DNA from: Diadema antillarum | Lineage: Eukaryota | Assembly (NCBI RefSeq): GCF_040938485.1 | Contig: NW_027271554.1 | Location: 1-64,000 of the forward strand | DNA length: 64,000 bases | Reading direction: 5' to 3' | Shown here: one piece after another, positions 27,001-42,000 of the stretch | Numbering within the stretch: position 1 is the first letter of the stretch | Layout: every line of letters begins with the position of its first letter | The notes under the pieces: model-generated | Told to the model about the DNA's origin: nothing | Seen by the model: only the letters and a program-made list of their open reading frames with translations | Databases searched by the model: none | Translations under genes and position numbers: made by a program

Positions 27001-30000
27001 GAACTTCTTTCGGATGTTCAGCACTATCCTGGATTCCCAGCCATCTGCATCATCCGCAAAGACGTGGAATGCCGAACTGTCGACACGCATATATTCTCCA
27101 ACGAGACCGACGACGCTGCAACGTGTGACCCTGAGATTGGTCTTCAGTGTAGAAATGGTCCTCTGCGTCCCCCTTGTAGGGATTACGAAATAAGGTTCCT
27201 CTGTTGTGGTAGCACGTGTCCTCCTAAATGTTGGCCAAAACCAACAACGCCTAGAACTCCACCACCGACCACGACACTACCACCACCTACCACAACTATC
27301 GAGACAACGACACCAGAAACAACTACGCCGGAAAGGCCAGGTAATGCATGGCATCCTGTTTCTTTTATGATTTATTCCAAGAAGAAACATAAAATCAAAT
27401 ATAACAGTTTCATACTATTATTTGAAAACAACATGGATTAGTCAAACTTGATATCTAAGAAAAAAAAAAATGTGTGTAAAAATTGCAGTTTAGACTTTTG
27501 GTAATAAATGGAGAAAAGTGTGAATAGTAAAGACTGAAACCCAATGGCTGAACATCTCCGTAGGTTTTTGGCTGTTGAAAATTCGATTACAAGAAAATAA
27601 GGCGTTTTTACTCATCATTCTTTTTTGTTTCAACTGAATATTTCCTTTTTGATACTGATATATCTATCTTTAACCTTGAAATAAAGAATCATACGAATAT
27701 AAGTTATTTTTACAGAGACTGTAATGGCATGCCTTTATATAATATTGTTTACAAAATCAAAGATTTAAGTTGTATAGTTACTTTTATATTTAGTGTTTCA
27801 TGCATCGATAATTGTCACGATAAATTTATGGCGGTAGTTATTTCTGAATTTCATATGTTTTTCCTTTTTTCAAGTCCGATATATTTTGCTTTGATAATGC
27901 AAAACGGATATTTGAAGATACCATATTTACTTCTAGATTAGACTACGTTGTAAGAGAAGTTTGAAAACGTCATTTGTAATTCTGCTTCCAATACTCGAAC
28001 CCTGATAATACACAAAAACAAAATTCAGATGTGAATTTTGGTCAAATGTGAGAACGTGACGTATCTCTGTAACCAAAGGTCATGTATATTCAGTATTGAA
28101 AATCGCAAAAAACATTCGGGAGAAAGAAAGTCATCGGACGATCTAAAGATTTAAAATCGTTCTGAAAGATAAAGTGCTGCAATTTTCATTGACACGAGAG
28201 GAAACTAGCGCCAATTACTATTTCAATTTTGAATTCTCCATCAATTTGCCCTTTTTTTATTGAATTGACACAGATAACTTGCAGCAGAGGTTAAAATAGT
28301 TAGCGGACTTTCACTGTGGATAAAGAAAGAAGAGATCGTGAACGAATATATGAGAAAGCGTGAGACGATTTGTTTCTTATGAGTAACTTGACTCATTACG
28401 TTTATTTTGATTTTTCAGAGTGCGAGAAATGTCTGAGATTCTGCGTCTGGACACCTTGGTGCAACGATGAGGCCCCTGGTAGGTTGGCAAGCGATGCTCT
28501 TGTGGAAGAGGAACTTCTTTCGGATGTTCAGCACTATCCTGGATTCCCAGCCATCTGCATCATCCGCAAAGACGTGGAATGCCGAACTGTCGACACGCAT
28601 ATATTCTCCAACGAGACCGACGACGCTGCAACGTGTGACCCTGAGATTGGTCTTCAGTGTAGAAATGGTCCTCTGCGTCCCCCTTGTAGGGATTACGAAA
28701 TAAGGTTCCTCTGTTGTGGTAGCACGTGTCCTCCTAAATGTTGGCCAAAACCAACAACGCCTAGAACTCCACCACCGACCACGACACTACCACCACCTAC
28801 CACAACTATCGAGACAACGACACCAGAAACAACTACGCCGGAAAGGCCAGGTAATGCATGGCATCCTGTTTCTTTTATGATTTATTCCAAGAAGAAACAT
28901 AAAATCAAATATAACAGTTTGATAATATTATTTGAAAACAACATGGATTAGTCAACCTTGATATCTAAGAAAAAAAAATGTGTGTAAAAATTGCAGTTTA
29001 GACTTTTGGTAATAAATGGAGAAAAGTGTGAATAGTAAAGACTGAAACCCAATGGCTGAACATCTTCGTAGGTTTTTGGCTGTTGAAAATTCGATTACAA
29101 GAAAATAAGGCGTTTTTACTCATCATTATTTTTTGTTTCAACTGAATATTTCCTTTTTGATACTGATATATCTATCTTTAACCTTGAAATAAAGAATCAT
29201 ACGAATATAAGTTATTTTTACACAGACTGTAATGGCATGCCTTTATATAATATTGCTTACAAAATCAAATATTTAAGTTGTATAGTTACTTTTATATTTA
29301 GTGTTTCATGCATCGATAATTGTCACGATAAATTTATGGCGGTAGTTATTTCTGAATTTCATATGTTTTTCCTTTTTTCAAGTCCGATATATTTTGCTTT
29401 GATAATGCAAAACGGATATTTGAAGATACCATATTTACTTCTAGATTAGACTACGCTGTAAGAGAAGTTTGAAAACGTCATTTGTAATTCTGCTTCCAAT
29501 ACTCGAACCCTGATAATACACAAAAACAAAATTCAGATGTGAATTTTGGTCAAATGTGAGAACGTGACGTATCTCTGTAACCAAAGGTCATGTATATTCA
29601 GTATTGAAAATCGCAAAAAACATTCGGGAGAAAGAAAGTCATCGGACGATCTAAAAATTTAAAATCGTTCTGAAAGATAAAGTGCTGCAATTTTCATTGA
29701 CACGAGAGGAAACTAGCGCCAATTACTATTTCAATTTTGAATTCTCCATCAATTTGCCCTTTTTTTATTGAATTGACACAGATAACTTGCAGCAGAGGTT
29801 AAAATAGTTAGCGGACTTTCACTGTGGATAAAGAAAGAAGAGATCGTGAACGAATATATGAGAAAGCGTGAGACGATTTGTTTCTTATGAGTAACTTGAC
29901 TCATTACGTTTATTTTGATTTTTCAGAGTGCGAGAAATGTCTGAGATTCTGCGTCTGGACACCTTGGTGCAACGATGAGGCCCCTGGTAGGTTGGCAAGC

Positions 30001-33000
30001 GATGCTCTTGTGGAAGAGGAACTTCTTTCGGATGTTCAGCACTATCCTGGATTCCCAGCCATCTGCATCATCCGCAAAGACGTGGAATGCCGAACTGTCG
30101 ACACGCATATATTCTCCAACGAGACCGACGACGCTGCAACGTGTGACCCTGAGATTGGTCTTCAGTGTAGAAATGGTCCTCTGCGTCCCCCTTGTAGGGA
30201 TTACGAAATAAGGTTCCTCTGTTGTGGTAGCACGTGTCCTCCTAAATGTTGGCCAAAACCAACAACGCCTAGAACTCCACCACCGACCACGACACTACCA
30301 CCACCTACCACAACTATCGAGACAACGACACCAGAAACAACTACGCCGGAAAGGCCAGGTAATGCATGGCATCCTGTTTCTTTTATGATTTATTCCAAGA
30401 AGAAACATAAAATCAAATATAACAGTTTGATAATATTATTTGAAAACAACATGGATTAGTCAACCTTGATATCTAAGAAAAAAAAATGTGTGTAAAAATT
30501 GCAGTTTAGACTTTTGGTAATAAATGGAGAAAAGTGTGAATAGTAAAGACTGAAACCCAATGGCTGAACATCTCCGTAGGTTTTTGGCTGTTGAAAATTC
30601 GATTACAAGAAAATAAGGCGTTTTTACTCATCATTATTTTTTGTTTCAACTGAATATTTCCTTTTTGATACTGATATATCTATCTTTAACCTTGAAATAA
30701 AGAATCATACGAATATAAGTTATTTTTACAGAGACTGTAATGGCATGCCTTTATATAATATTGTTTACAAAATCAAAGATTTAAGTTGTATAGTTACTTT
30801 TATATTTAGTGTTTCATGCATCGATAATTGTCACGATAAATTTATGGCGGTAGTTATTTCTGAATTTCATATGTTTTTCCTTTTTTCAAGTCCGATATAT
30901 TTTGCTTTGATAATGCAAAACGGATATTTGAAGATACCATATTTACTTCTAGATTAGACTACGCTGTAAGAGAAGTTTGAAAACGTCATTTGTAATTCTG
31001 CTTCCAATACTCGAACCCTGATAATACACAAAAACAAAATTCAGATGTGAATTTTGGTCAAATGTGAGAACGTGACGTATCTCTGTAACCAAAGGTCATG
31101 TATATTCAGTATTGAAAATCGCAAAAAACATTCGGGAGAAAGAAAGTCATCGGACGATCTAAAAATTTAAAATCGTTCTGAAAGATAAAGTGCTGCAATT
31201 TTCATTGACACGAGAGGAAACTAGCGCCAATTACTATTTCAATTTTGAATTCTCCATCAATTTGCCCTTTTTTTATTGAATTGACACAGATAACTTGCAG
31301 CAGAGGTTAAAATAGTTAGCGGACTTTCACTGTGGATAAAGAAAGAAGAGATCGTGAACGAATATATGAGAAAGCGTGAGACGATTTGTTTCTTATGAGT
31401 AACTTGACTCATTACGTTTATTTTGATTTTTCAGAGTGCGAGAAATGTCTGAGATTCTGCGTCTGGACACCTTGGTGCAACGATGAGGCCCCTGGTAGGT
31501 TGGCAAGCGATGCTCTTGTGGAAGAGGAACTTCTTTCGGATGTTCAGCACTATCCTGGATTCCCAGCCATCTGCATCATCCGCAAAGACGTGGAATGCCG
31601 AACTGTCGACACGCATATATTCTCCAACGAGACCGACGACGCTGCAACGTGTGACCCTGAGATTGGTCTTCAGTGTAGAAATGGTCCTCTGCGTCCCCCT
31701 TGTAGGGATTACGAAATAAGGTTCCTCTGTTGTGGTAGCACGTGTCCTCCTAAATGTTGGCCAAAACCAACAACGCCTAGAACTCCACCACCGACCACGA
31801 CACTACCACCACCTACCACAACTATCGAGACAACGACACCAGAAACAACTACGCCGGAAAGGCCAGGTAATGCATGGCATCCTGTTTCTTTTATGATTTA
31901 TTCCAAGAAGAAACATAAAATCAAATATAACAGTTTGATAATATTATTTGAAAACAACATGGATTAGTCAACCTTGATATCTAAGAAAAAAAAATGTGTG
32001 TAAAAATTGCAGTTTAGACTTTTGGTAATAAATGGAGAAAAGTGTGAATAGTAAAGACTGAAACCCAATGGCTGAACATCTCCGTAGGTTTTTGGCTGTT
32101 GAAAATTCGATTACAAGAAAATAAGGCGTTTTTACTCATCATTATTTTTTGTTTCAACTGAATATTTCCTTTTTGATACTGATATATCTATCTTTAACCT
32201 TGAAATAAAGAATCATACGAATATAAGTTATTTTTACAGAGACTGTAATGGCATGCCTTTATATAATATTGCTTACAAAATCAAAGATTTAAGTTGTATA
32301 GTTACTTTTATATTTAGTGTTTCATGCATCGATAATTGTCACGATAAATTTATGGCGGTAGTTATTTCTGAATTTCATATGTTTTTCCTTTTTTCAAGTC
32401 CGATATATTTTGCTTTGATAATGCAAAACGGATATTTGAAGATACCATATTTACTTCTAGATTAGACTACGTTGTAAGAGAAGTTTGAAAACGTCATTTG
32501 TAATTCTGCTTCCAATACTCGAACCCTGATAATACACAAAAACAAAATTCAGATGTGAATTTTGGTCAAATGTGAGAACGTGACGTATCTCTGTAACCAA
32601 AGGTCATGTATATTCAGTATTGAAAATCGCAAAAAACATTCGGGAGAAAGAAAGTCATCGGACGATCTAAAAATTTAAAATCGTTCTGAAAGATAAAGTG
32701 CTGCAATTTTCATTGACACGAGAGGAAACTAGCGCCAATTACTATTTCAATTTTGAATTCTCCATCAATTTGCCCTTTTTTTATTGAATTGACACAGATA
32801 ACTTGCAGCAGAGGTTAAAATAGTTAGCGGACTTTCACTGTGGATAAAGAAAGAAGAGATCGTGAACGAATATATGAGAAAGCGTGAGACGATTTGTTTC
32901 TTATGAGTAACTTGACTCATTACGTTTATTTTGATTTTTCAGAGTGCGAGAAATGTCTGAGATTCTGCGTCTGGACACCTTGGTGCAACGATGAGGCCCC

Positions 33001-36000
33001 TGGTAGGTTGGCAAGCGATGCTCTTGTGGAAGAGGAACTTCTTTCGGATGTTCAGCACTATCCTGGATTCCCAGCCATCTGCATCATCCGCAAAGACGTG
33101 GAATGCCGAACTGTCGACACGCATATATTCTCCAACGAGACCGACGACGCTGCAACGTGTGACCCTGAGATTGGTCTTCAGTGTAGAAATGGTCCTCTGC
33201 GTCCCCCTTGTAGGGATTACGAAATAAGGTTCCTCTGTTGTGGTAGCACGTGTCCTCCTAAATGTTGGCCAAAACCAACAACGCCTAGAACTCCACCACC
33301 GACCACGACACTACCACCACCTACCACAACTATCGAGACAACGACACCAGAAACAACTACGCCGGAAAGGCCAGGTAATGCATGGCATCCTGTTTCTTTT
33401 ATGATTTATTCCAAGAAGAAACATAAAATCAAATATAACAGTTTGATTATATTATTTGAAAACAACATGGATTAGTCAACCTTGATATCTAAGAAAAAAA
33501 AATGTGTGTAAAAATTGCAGTTTAGACTTTTGGTAATAAATGGAGAAAAGTGTGAATAGTAAAGACTGAAACCCAATGGCTGAACATCTCCGTAGGTTTT
33601 TGGCTGTTGAAAATTCGATTACAAGAAAATAAGGCGTTTTTACTCATCATTCTTTTTTGTTTCAACTGAATATTTCCTTTTTGATACTGATATATCTATC
33701 TTTAACCTTGAAATAAAGAATCATACGAATATAAGTTATTTTTACAGAGACTGTAATGGCATGCCTTTATATAATATTGTTTACAAAATCAAAGATTTAA
33801 GTTGTATAGTTACTTTTATATTTAGTGTTTCATGCATCGATAATTGTCACGATAAATTTATGGCGGTAGTTATTTCTGAATTTCATATGTTTTTCCTTTT
33901 TTCAAGTCCGATATATTTTGCTTTGATAATGCAAAACGGATATTTGAAGATACCATATTTACTTCTAGATTAGACTACGTTGTAAGAGAAGTTTGAAAAC
34001 GTCATTTGTAATTCTGCTTCCAATACTCGAACCCTGATAATACACAAAAACAAAATTCAGATGTGAATTTTGGTCAAATGTGAGAACGTGACGTATCTCT
34101 GTAACCAAAGGTCATGTATATTCAGTATTGAAAATCGCAAAAAACATTCGGGAGAAAGAAAGTCATCGGACGATCTAAAGATTTAAAATCGTTCTGAAAG
34201 ATAAAGTGCTGCAATTTTCATTGACACGAGAGGAAACTAGCGCCAATTACTATTTCAATTTTGAATTCTCCATCAATTTGCCCTTTTTTTATTGAATTGA
34301 CACAGATAACTTGCAGCAGAGGTTAAAATAGTTAGCGGACTTTCACTGTGGATAAAGAAAGAAGAGATCGTGAACGAATATATGAGAAAGCGTGAGACGA
34401 TTTGTTTCTTATGAGTAACTTGACTCATTACGTTTATTTTGATTTTTCAGAGTGCGAGAAATGTCTGAGATTCTGCGTCTGGACACCTTGGTGCAACGAT
34501 GAGGCCCCTGGTAGGTTGGCAAGCGATGCTCTTGTGGAAGAGGAACTTCTTTCGGATGTTCAGCACTATCCTGGATTCCCAGCCATCTGCATCATCCGCA
34601 AAGACGTGGAATGCCGAACTGTCGACACGCATATATTCTCCAACGAGACCGACGACGCTGCAACGTGTGACCCTGAGATTGGTCTTCAGTGTAGAAATGG
34701 TCCTCTGCGTCCCCCTTGTAGGGATTACGAAATAAGGTTCCTCTGTTGTGGTAGCACGTGTCCTCCTAAATGTTGGCCAAAACCAACAACGCCTAGAACT
34801 CCACCACCGACCACGACACTACCACCACCTACCACAACTATCGAGACAACGACACCAGAAACAACTACGCCGGAAAGGCCAGGTAATGCATGGCATCCTG
34901 TTTCTTTTATGATTTATTCCAAGAAGAAACATAAAATCAAATATAACAGTTTGATAATATTATTTGAAAACAACATGGATTAGTCAACCTTGATATCTAA
35001 GAAAAAAAAATGTGTGTAAAAATTGCAGTTTAGACTTTTGGTAATAAATGGAGAAAAGTGTGAATAGTAAAGACTGAAACCCAATGGCTGAACATCTCCG
35101 TAGGTTTTTGGCTGTTGAAAATTCGATTACAAGAAAATAAGGCGTTTTTACTCATCATTCTTTTTTGTTTCAACTGAATATTTCCTTTTTGATACTGATA
35201 TATCTATCTTTAACCTTGAAATAAAGAATCATACGAATATAAGTTATTTTTACAGAGACTGTAATGGCATGCCTTTATATAATATTGTTTACAAAATCAA
35301 AGATTTAAGTTGTATAGTTACTTTTATATTTAGTGTTTCATGCATCGATAATTGTCACGATAAATTTATGGCGGTAGTTATTTCTGAATTTCATATGTTT
35401 TTCCTTTTTTCAAGTCCGATATATTTTGCTTTGATAATGCAAAACGGATATTTGAAGATACCATATTTACTTCTAGATTAGACTACGTTGTAAGAGAAGT
35501 TTGAAAACGTCATTTGTAATTCTGCTTCCAATACTCGAACCCTGATAATACACAAAAACAAAATTCAGATGTGAATTTTGGTCAAATGTGAGAACGTGAC
35601 GTATCTCTGTAACCAAAGGTCATGTATATTCAGTATTGAAAATCGCAAAAAACATTCGGGAGAAAGAAAGTCATCGGACGATCTAAAGATTTAAAATCGT
35701 TCTGAAAGATAAAGTGCTGCAATTTTCATTGACACGAGAGGAAACTAGCGCCAATTACTATTTCAATTTTGAATTCTCCATCAATTTGCCCTTTTTTTAT
35801 TGAATTGACACAGATAACTTGCAGCAGAGGTTAAAATAGTTAGCGGACTTTCACTGTGGATAAAGAAAGAAGAGATCGTGAACGAATATATGAGAAAGCG
35901 TGAGACGATTTGTTTCTTATGAGTAACTTGACTCATTACGTTTATTTTGATTTTTCAGAGTGCGAGAAATGTCTGAGATTCTGCGTCTGGACACCTTGGT

Positions 36001-39000
36001 GCAACGATGAGGCCCCTGGTAGGTTGGCAAGCGATGCTCTTGTGGAAGAGGAACTTCTTTCGGATGTTCAGCACTATCCTGGATTCCCAGCCATCTGCAT
36101 CATCCGCAAAGACGTGGAATGCCGAACTGTCGACACGCATATATTCTCCAACGAGACCGACGACGCTGCAACGTGTGACCCTGAGATTGGTCTTCAGTGT
36201 AGAAATGGTCCTCTGCGTCCCCCTTGTAGGGATTACGAAATAAGGTTCCTCTGTTGTGGTAGCACGTGTCCTCCTAAATGTTGGCCAAAACCAACAACGC
36301 CTAGAACTCCACCACCGACCACGACATTACCACCGCCTACCACAACTATCGAGACAACGACACCAGAAACAACTACGCCTGAAAGGCCAGGTAATGCATG
36401 GCATCCTATTTCTTTTATGATTTATTCCAGGACGAAACACAAGATCAAATATAACAGTTTAGTTTGATTATATTATTTGAAATCAACATGGGTTAGTCAA
36501 CCTTCATATCTACGAAGAAGAAATTTGTGTAAAAATTGCAGTTTAGACGTTGGTAAAAAATTGAGAAAAATGTGAATCGTAAAGACTGAAACCCAATGGC
36601 TGAACTTCTCCGTAGGTGTTTGGCTCTTGAAAATTCGATTACAAGAATAAGGCGTTTTTACTCTTCATTATTTTTTGTTTCAACTGAATATTTCCTTTTT
36701 GATACTGATATATCTATCTTTAACCTTGAAATAAAGAATCATACGAATGTAAGTTATTTTTACAGAGACTGTAATGGCATGACTTTATATGATATTGCTT
36801 ACGAAATCAAAGATTTAAGTTGTATAGTTACTTTTATATTTAGTGTTTCATGCATCGATAATTGTCACGATAAATTTATGGCGGTAGTTATTTCTGAATT
36901 TCATATGTTTTTCCTTTTTTCAAGTCCGATATATTTTGCTTTGAATAATGCAAAACGGATATTTGAAGGTACCATATTTACTTCTAGATTAGACTACGTT
37001 GTAAGAGAAGTTTGAAAACGTCATTTGTAATTCTGCTTCCAATACTCAAACCCTGATAATACAGAAAAACAAAATTCAGATGTGATTGTTTGGTTAAATG
37101 TGAGAACGTGACGTATCTCTGTAACCAAAGGTCATGTGAAGAGTTTGTTTGCAAAAACCGATAAGTCCATATTTGTCAAATGGAGATATTTGCAATCAAA
37201 GGTCAAGAAAAATATAGAGAATAATAAGAAATTTTTTGCTTCTTTTGACCATAACTTCAAAAATGTACCTTTTTATATAGTGACCAAAATATCATTGTAA
37301 AGGTATTATTTTGTACTATATGATAGAGACTGTACTTTAAAATCATCAAAAAATGGACTTATCGATTTTTTGTGAACAAATTCTTCATGTATATTTAGTA
37401 GTGAAAATCGCAAAATAACATTCAGTTGAAAGAAAGTCATCAGACAATCTAAAAATTTAAAATCGTTTTGAAAGATAAAGTGCTGGCAATTTTCATTTAC
37501 ACGGGAGGAAACTAGCGCCAATTACTATTTCAATTTTGAATTCTCCATCAATTTGCCCTTTCTTTTTTTTTATTGAATTGACACAGATAACTTGCAGCAG
37601 AGGTTAAAATAGTTAGCTGACTTTCACTGTGGATAAAGAAAGAAGAGATCGTGAACGAATATATGAGAAAGCGTGAGACGATTTGTTTCTTATGAGTAAC
37701 TTGACTCATTACGTTTATTTTGATTTTTCAGAGTGCGAGAAATGTCTGAGATTCTGCGTCTGGACACCTTGGTGCAACGATGAGGCCCCTGGTAGGTTGG
37801 CAAGCGATGCTCTTGTGGAAGAGGAACTTCTTTCGGATGTTCAGCACTATCCTGGATTCCCAGCCATCTGCATCATCCGCAAAGACGTGGAATGCCGAAC
37901 TGTCGACACGCATATATTCTCCAACGAGACCGACGACGCTGCAACGTGTGACCCTGAGATTGGTCTTCAGTGTAGAAATGGTCCTCTGCGTCCCCCTTGT
38001 AGGGATTACGAAATAAGGTTCCTCTGTTGTGGTAGCACGTGTCCTCCTAAATGTTGGCCAAAACCAACAACGCCTAGAACTCCACCACCGACCACGTCAC
38101 TACCACCACCTACCACAACTATCGAGACAACGACACCTGAAACAACTACGCCGGAAAGGCCAGGTAATGCATGGCATCCTGTTTCTTTTATGATTTATTC
38201 CAAGAAGAAACATAAAATCAAATATAACAGTTTGATAATATTATTTGAAAACAACATGGATTAGTCAACCTTGATATCTAAGAAAAAAAAATGTGTGTAA
38301 AAATTGCAGTTTAGACTTTTGGTAATAAATGGAGAAAAGTGTGAATAGTAAAGACTGAAACCCAATGGCTGAACATCTCCGTAGGTTTTTGGCTGTTGAA
38401 AATTCGATTACAAGAAAATAAGGCGTTTTTACTCATCATTATTTTTTGTTTCAACTGAATATTTCCTTTTTGATACTGATATATCTATCTTTAACCTTGA
38501 AATAAAGAATCATACGAATATAAGTTATTTTTACACAGACTGTAATGGCATGCCTTTATATAATATTGCTTACAAAATCAAATATTTAAGTTGTATAGTT
38601 ACTTTTATATTTAGTGTTTCATGCATCGATAATTGTCACGATAAATTTATGGCGGTAGTTATTTCTGAATTTCATATGTTTTTCCTTTTTTCAAGTCCGA
38701 TATATTTTGCTTTGATAATGCAAAACGGATATTTGAAGATACCATATTTACTTCTAGATTAGACTACGCTGTAAGAGAAGTTTGAAAACGTCATTTGTAA
38801 TTCTGCTTCCAATACTCGAACCCTGATAATACACAAAAACAAAATTCAGATGTGAATTTTGGTCAAATGTGAGAACGTGACGTATCTCTGTAACCAAAGG
38901 TCATGTATATTCAGTATTGAAAATCGCAAAAAACATTCGGGAGAAAGAAAGTCATCGGACGATCTAAAAATTTAAAATCGTTCTGAAAATTAAAGTGCTG

Positions 39001-42000
39001 CAATTTTCATTGACACGAGAGGAAACTAGCGCCAATTACTATTTCAATTTTGAATTCTCCATCAATTTGCCCTTTTTTTATTGAATTGACACAGATAACT
39101 TGCAGCAGAGGTTAAAATAGTTAGCGGACTTTCACTGTGGATAAAGAAAGAAGAGATCGTGAACGAATATATGAGAAAGCGTGAGACGATTTGTTTCTTA
39201 TGAGTAACTTGACTCATTACGTTTATTTTGATTTTTCAGAGTGCGAGAAATGTCTGAGATTCTGCGTCTGGACACCTTGGTGCAACGATGAGGCCCCTGG
39301 TAGGTTGGCAAGCGATGCTCTTGTGGAAGAGGAACTTCTTTCGGATGTTCAGCACTATCCTGGATTCCCAGCCATCTGCATCATCCGCAAAGACGTGGAA
39401 TGCCGAACTGTCGACACGCATATATTCTCCAACGAGACCGACGACGCTGCAACGTGTGACCCTGAGATTGGTCTTCAGTGTAGAAATGGTCCTCTGCGTC
39501 CCCCTTGTAGGGATTACGAAATAAGGTTCCTCTGTTGTGGTAGCACGTGTCCTCCTAAATGTTGGCCAAAACCAACAACGCCTAGAACTCCACCACCGAC
39601 CACGACATTACCACCGCCTACCACAACTATCGAGACAACGACACCAGAAACAACTACGCCTGAAAGGCCAGGTAATGCATGGCATCCTATTTCTTTTATG
39701 ATTTATTCCAGGACGAAACACAAGATCAAATATAACAGTTTAGTTTGATTATATTATTTGAAATCAACATGGGTTAGTCAACCTTCATATCTACGAAGAA
39801 GAAATTTGTGTAAAAATTGCAGTTTAGACGTTGGTAAAAAATTGAGAAAAATGTGAATCGTAAAGACTGAAACCCAATGGCTGAACTTCTCCGTAGGTGT
39901 TTGGCTCTTGAAAATTCGATTACAAGAATAAGGCGTTTTTACTCTTCATTATTTTTTGTTTCAACTGAATATTTCCTTTTTGATACTGATATATCTATCT
40001 TTAACCTTGAAATAAAGAATCATACGAATGTAAGTTATTTTTACAGAGACTGTAATGGCATGACTTTATATGATATTGCTTACGAAATGAAAGATTTAAG
40101 TTGTATAGTTACTTTTATATTTAGTGTTTCATGCATCGATAATTGTCACGATAAATTTATGGCGGTAGTTATTTCTGAATTTCATATGTTTTTCCTTTTT
40201 TCAAGTCCGATATATTTTGCTTTGAATAATGCAAAACGGATATTTGAAGGTACCATATTTACTTCTAGATTAGACTACGTTGTAAGAGAAGTTTGAAAAC
40301 GTCATTTGTAATTCTGCTTCCAATACTCAAACCCTGATAATACACAAAAACAAAATTCAGATGTGATTGTTTGGTTAAATGTGAGAACGTGACGTATCTC
40401 TGTAACCAAAGGTCATGTGAAGAGTTTGTTTGCAAAAACCGATAAGTCCATATTTGTCAAATGGAGATATTTGCAATCAAAGGTCAAGAAAAATATAGAG
40501 AATAATAAGAAATTTTTTGCTTCTTTTGACCATAACTTCAAAAATGTACCTTTATATGTAGTGACCAATATATCATTGTAAAGGTATTATTTTGTACTAT
40601 ATGATAGAGACTGTACTTTAAAATCATCAAAAAATGGACTTATCGATTTTTTTCGAATAAACTCTTCATGTATATTCAGTATTGAAAATCGCAAAATAAC
40701 ATTCATTAGAAAGAAAGTCATCGGACAATCTCAAAAATTAAAATCGTTTTGAAAGATAAAGTGCTGGCAATTTTCATTGACACGAGAGGAAACTAGCGCC
40801 AATTACTATTTCAATTTTGAATTCTCCGTCAATTTGCCCTTTCTTTTTTCTTATTCAATTGACCGAGATAACTTGCAGCAGAAGTTAAAATAGTTAGCTG
40901 ACTTTCACTGTGGATAAAGAAAGAAGAGATCGTGAACGAATATATGAGAAAGCGTGAGACGATTTGTTTCTTATGAGTAACTTGACTCATTACGTTTATT
41001 TTGATTTTTCAGAGTGCGAGAAATGTCTGAGATTCTGCGTCTGGACACCTTGGTGCAACGATGAGGCCCCTGGTAGGTTGGCAAGCGATGCTCTTGTGGA
41101 AGAGGAACTTCTTTCGGATGTTCAGCACTATCCTGGATTCCCAGCCATCTGCATCATCCGCAAAGACGTGGAATGCCGAACTGTCGACACGCATATATTC
41201 TCCAACGAGACCGACGACGCTGCAACGTGTGACCCTGAGATTGGTCTTCAGTGTAGAAATGGTCCTCTGCGTCCCCCTTGTAGGGATTACGAAATAAGGT
41301 TCCTCTGTTGTGGTAGCACGTGTCCTCCTAAATGTTGGCCAAAACCAACAACGCCTAGAACTCCACCACCGACCACGTCACTACCACCACCTACCACAAC
41401 TATCGAGACAACGACACCTGAAACAACTACGCCGGAAAGGCCAGGTAATGCATGACATCCTGTTTCTTTTATGATTTATTCCAGGAAGAAACACAAGATC
41501 AAATATAACAGTTTGATTACTTGTATATTATTTGAAATCAACATGGGCTAGTCAACCTTTTTATCTACGAAGAAGAAATATGTGTAGAAATTGCAGTTTA
41601 GACTTTTGGTAATAAATGGAGAAAAGTGTGAATAGTAAAGACTGAAAACCAATGGCTGAACATCTCCGTAGGTTTTTGGCTGTTGATAATTCGATTACAA
41701 GAAAATAAGGCGTTTTTACTCATCATTATTTTTGGTTTCAACTGAATATTTCCTTTTTGATACTGATATATCTATCTTTAACCTTGAAATAAAGAATCAT
41801 TCGAATATAAGTTATTTTTACAGAGACTGTAATGGCATGACTTTATATAATATTGCTTACGAAATCAAAGATTTAAGTTGTATAATTACTTTTATATTTA
41901 GTGTTTCATGCATCGATAATTGTCACGATAAATTTATGGCGGTAGTTATTTCTGAATTTCATGTTTTTCCTTTTTTCAAGTCCGATATAGTTTGCTTTGA

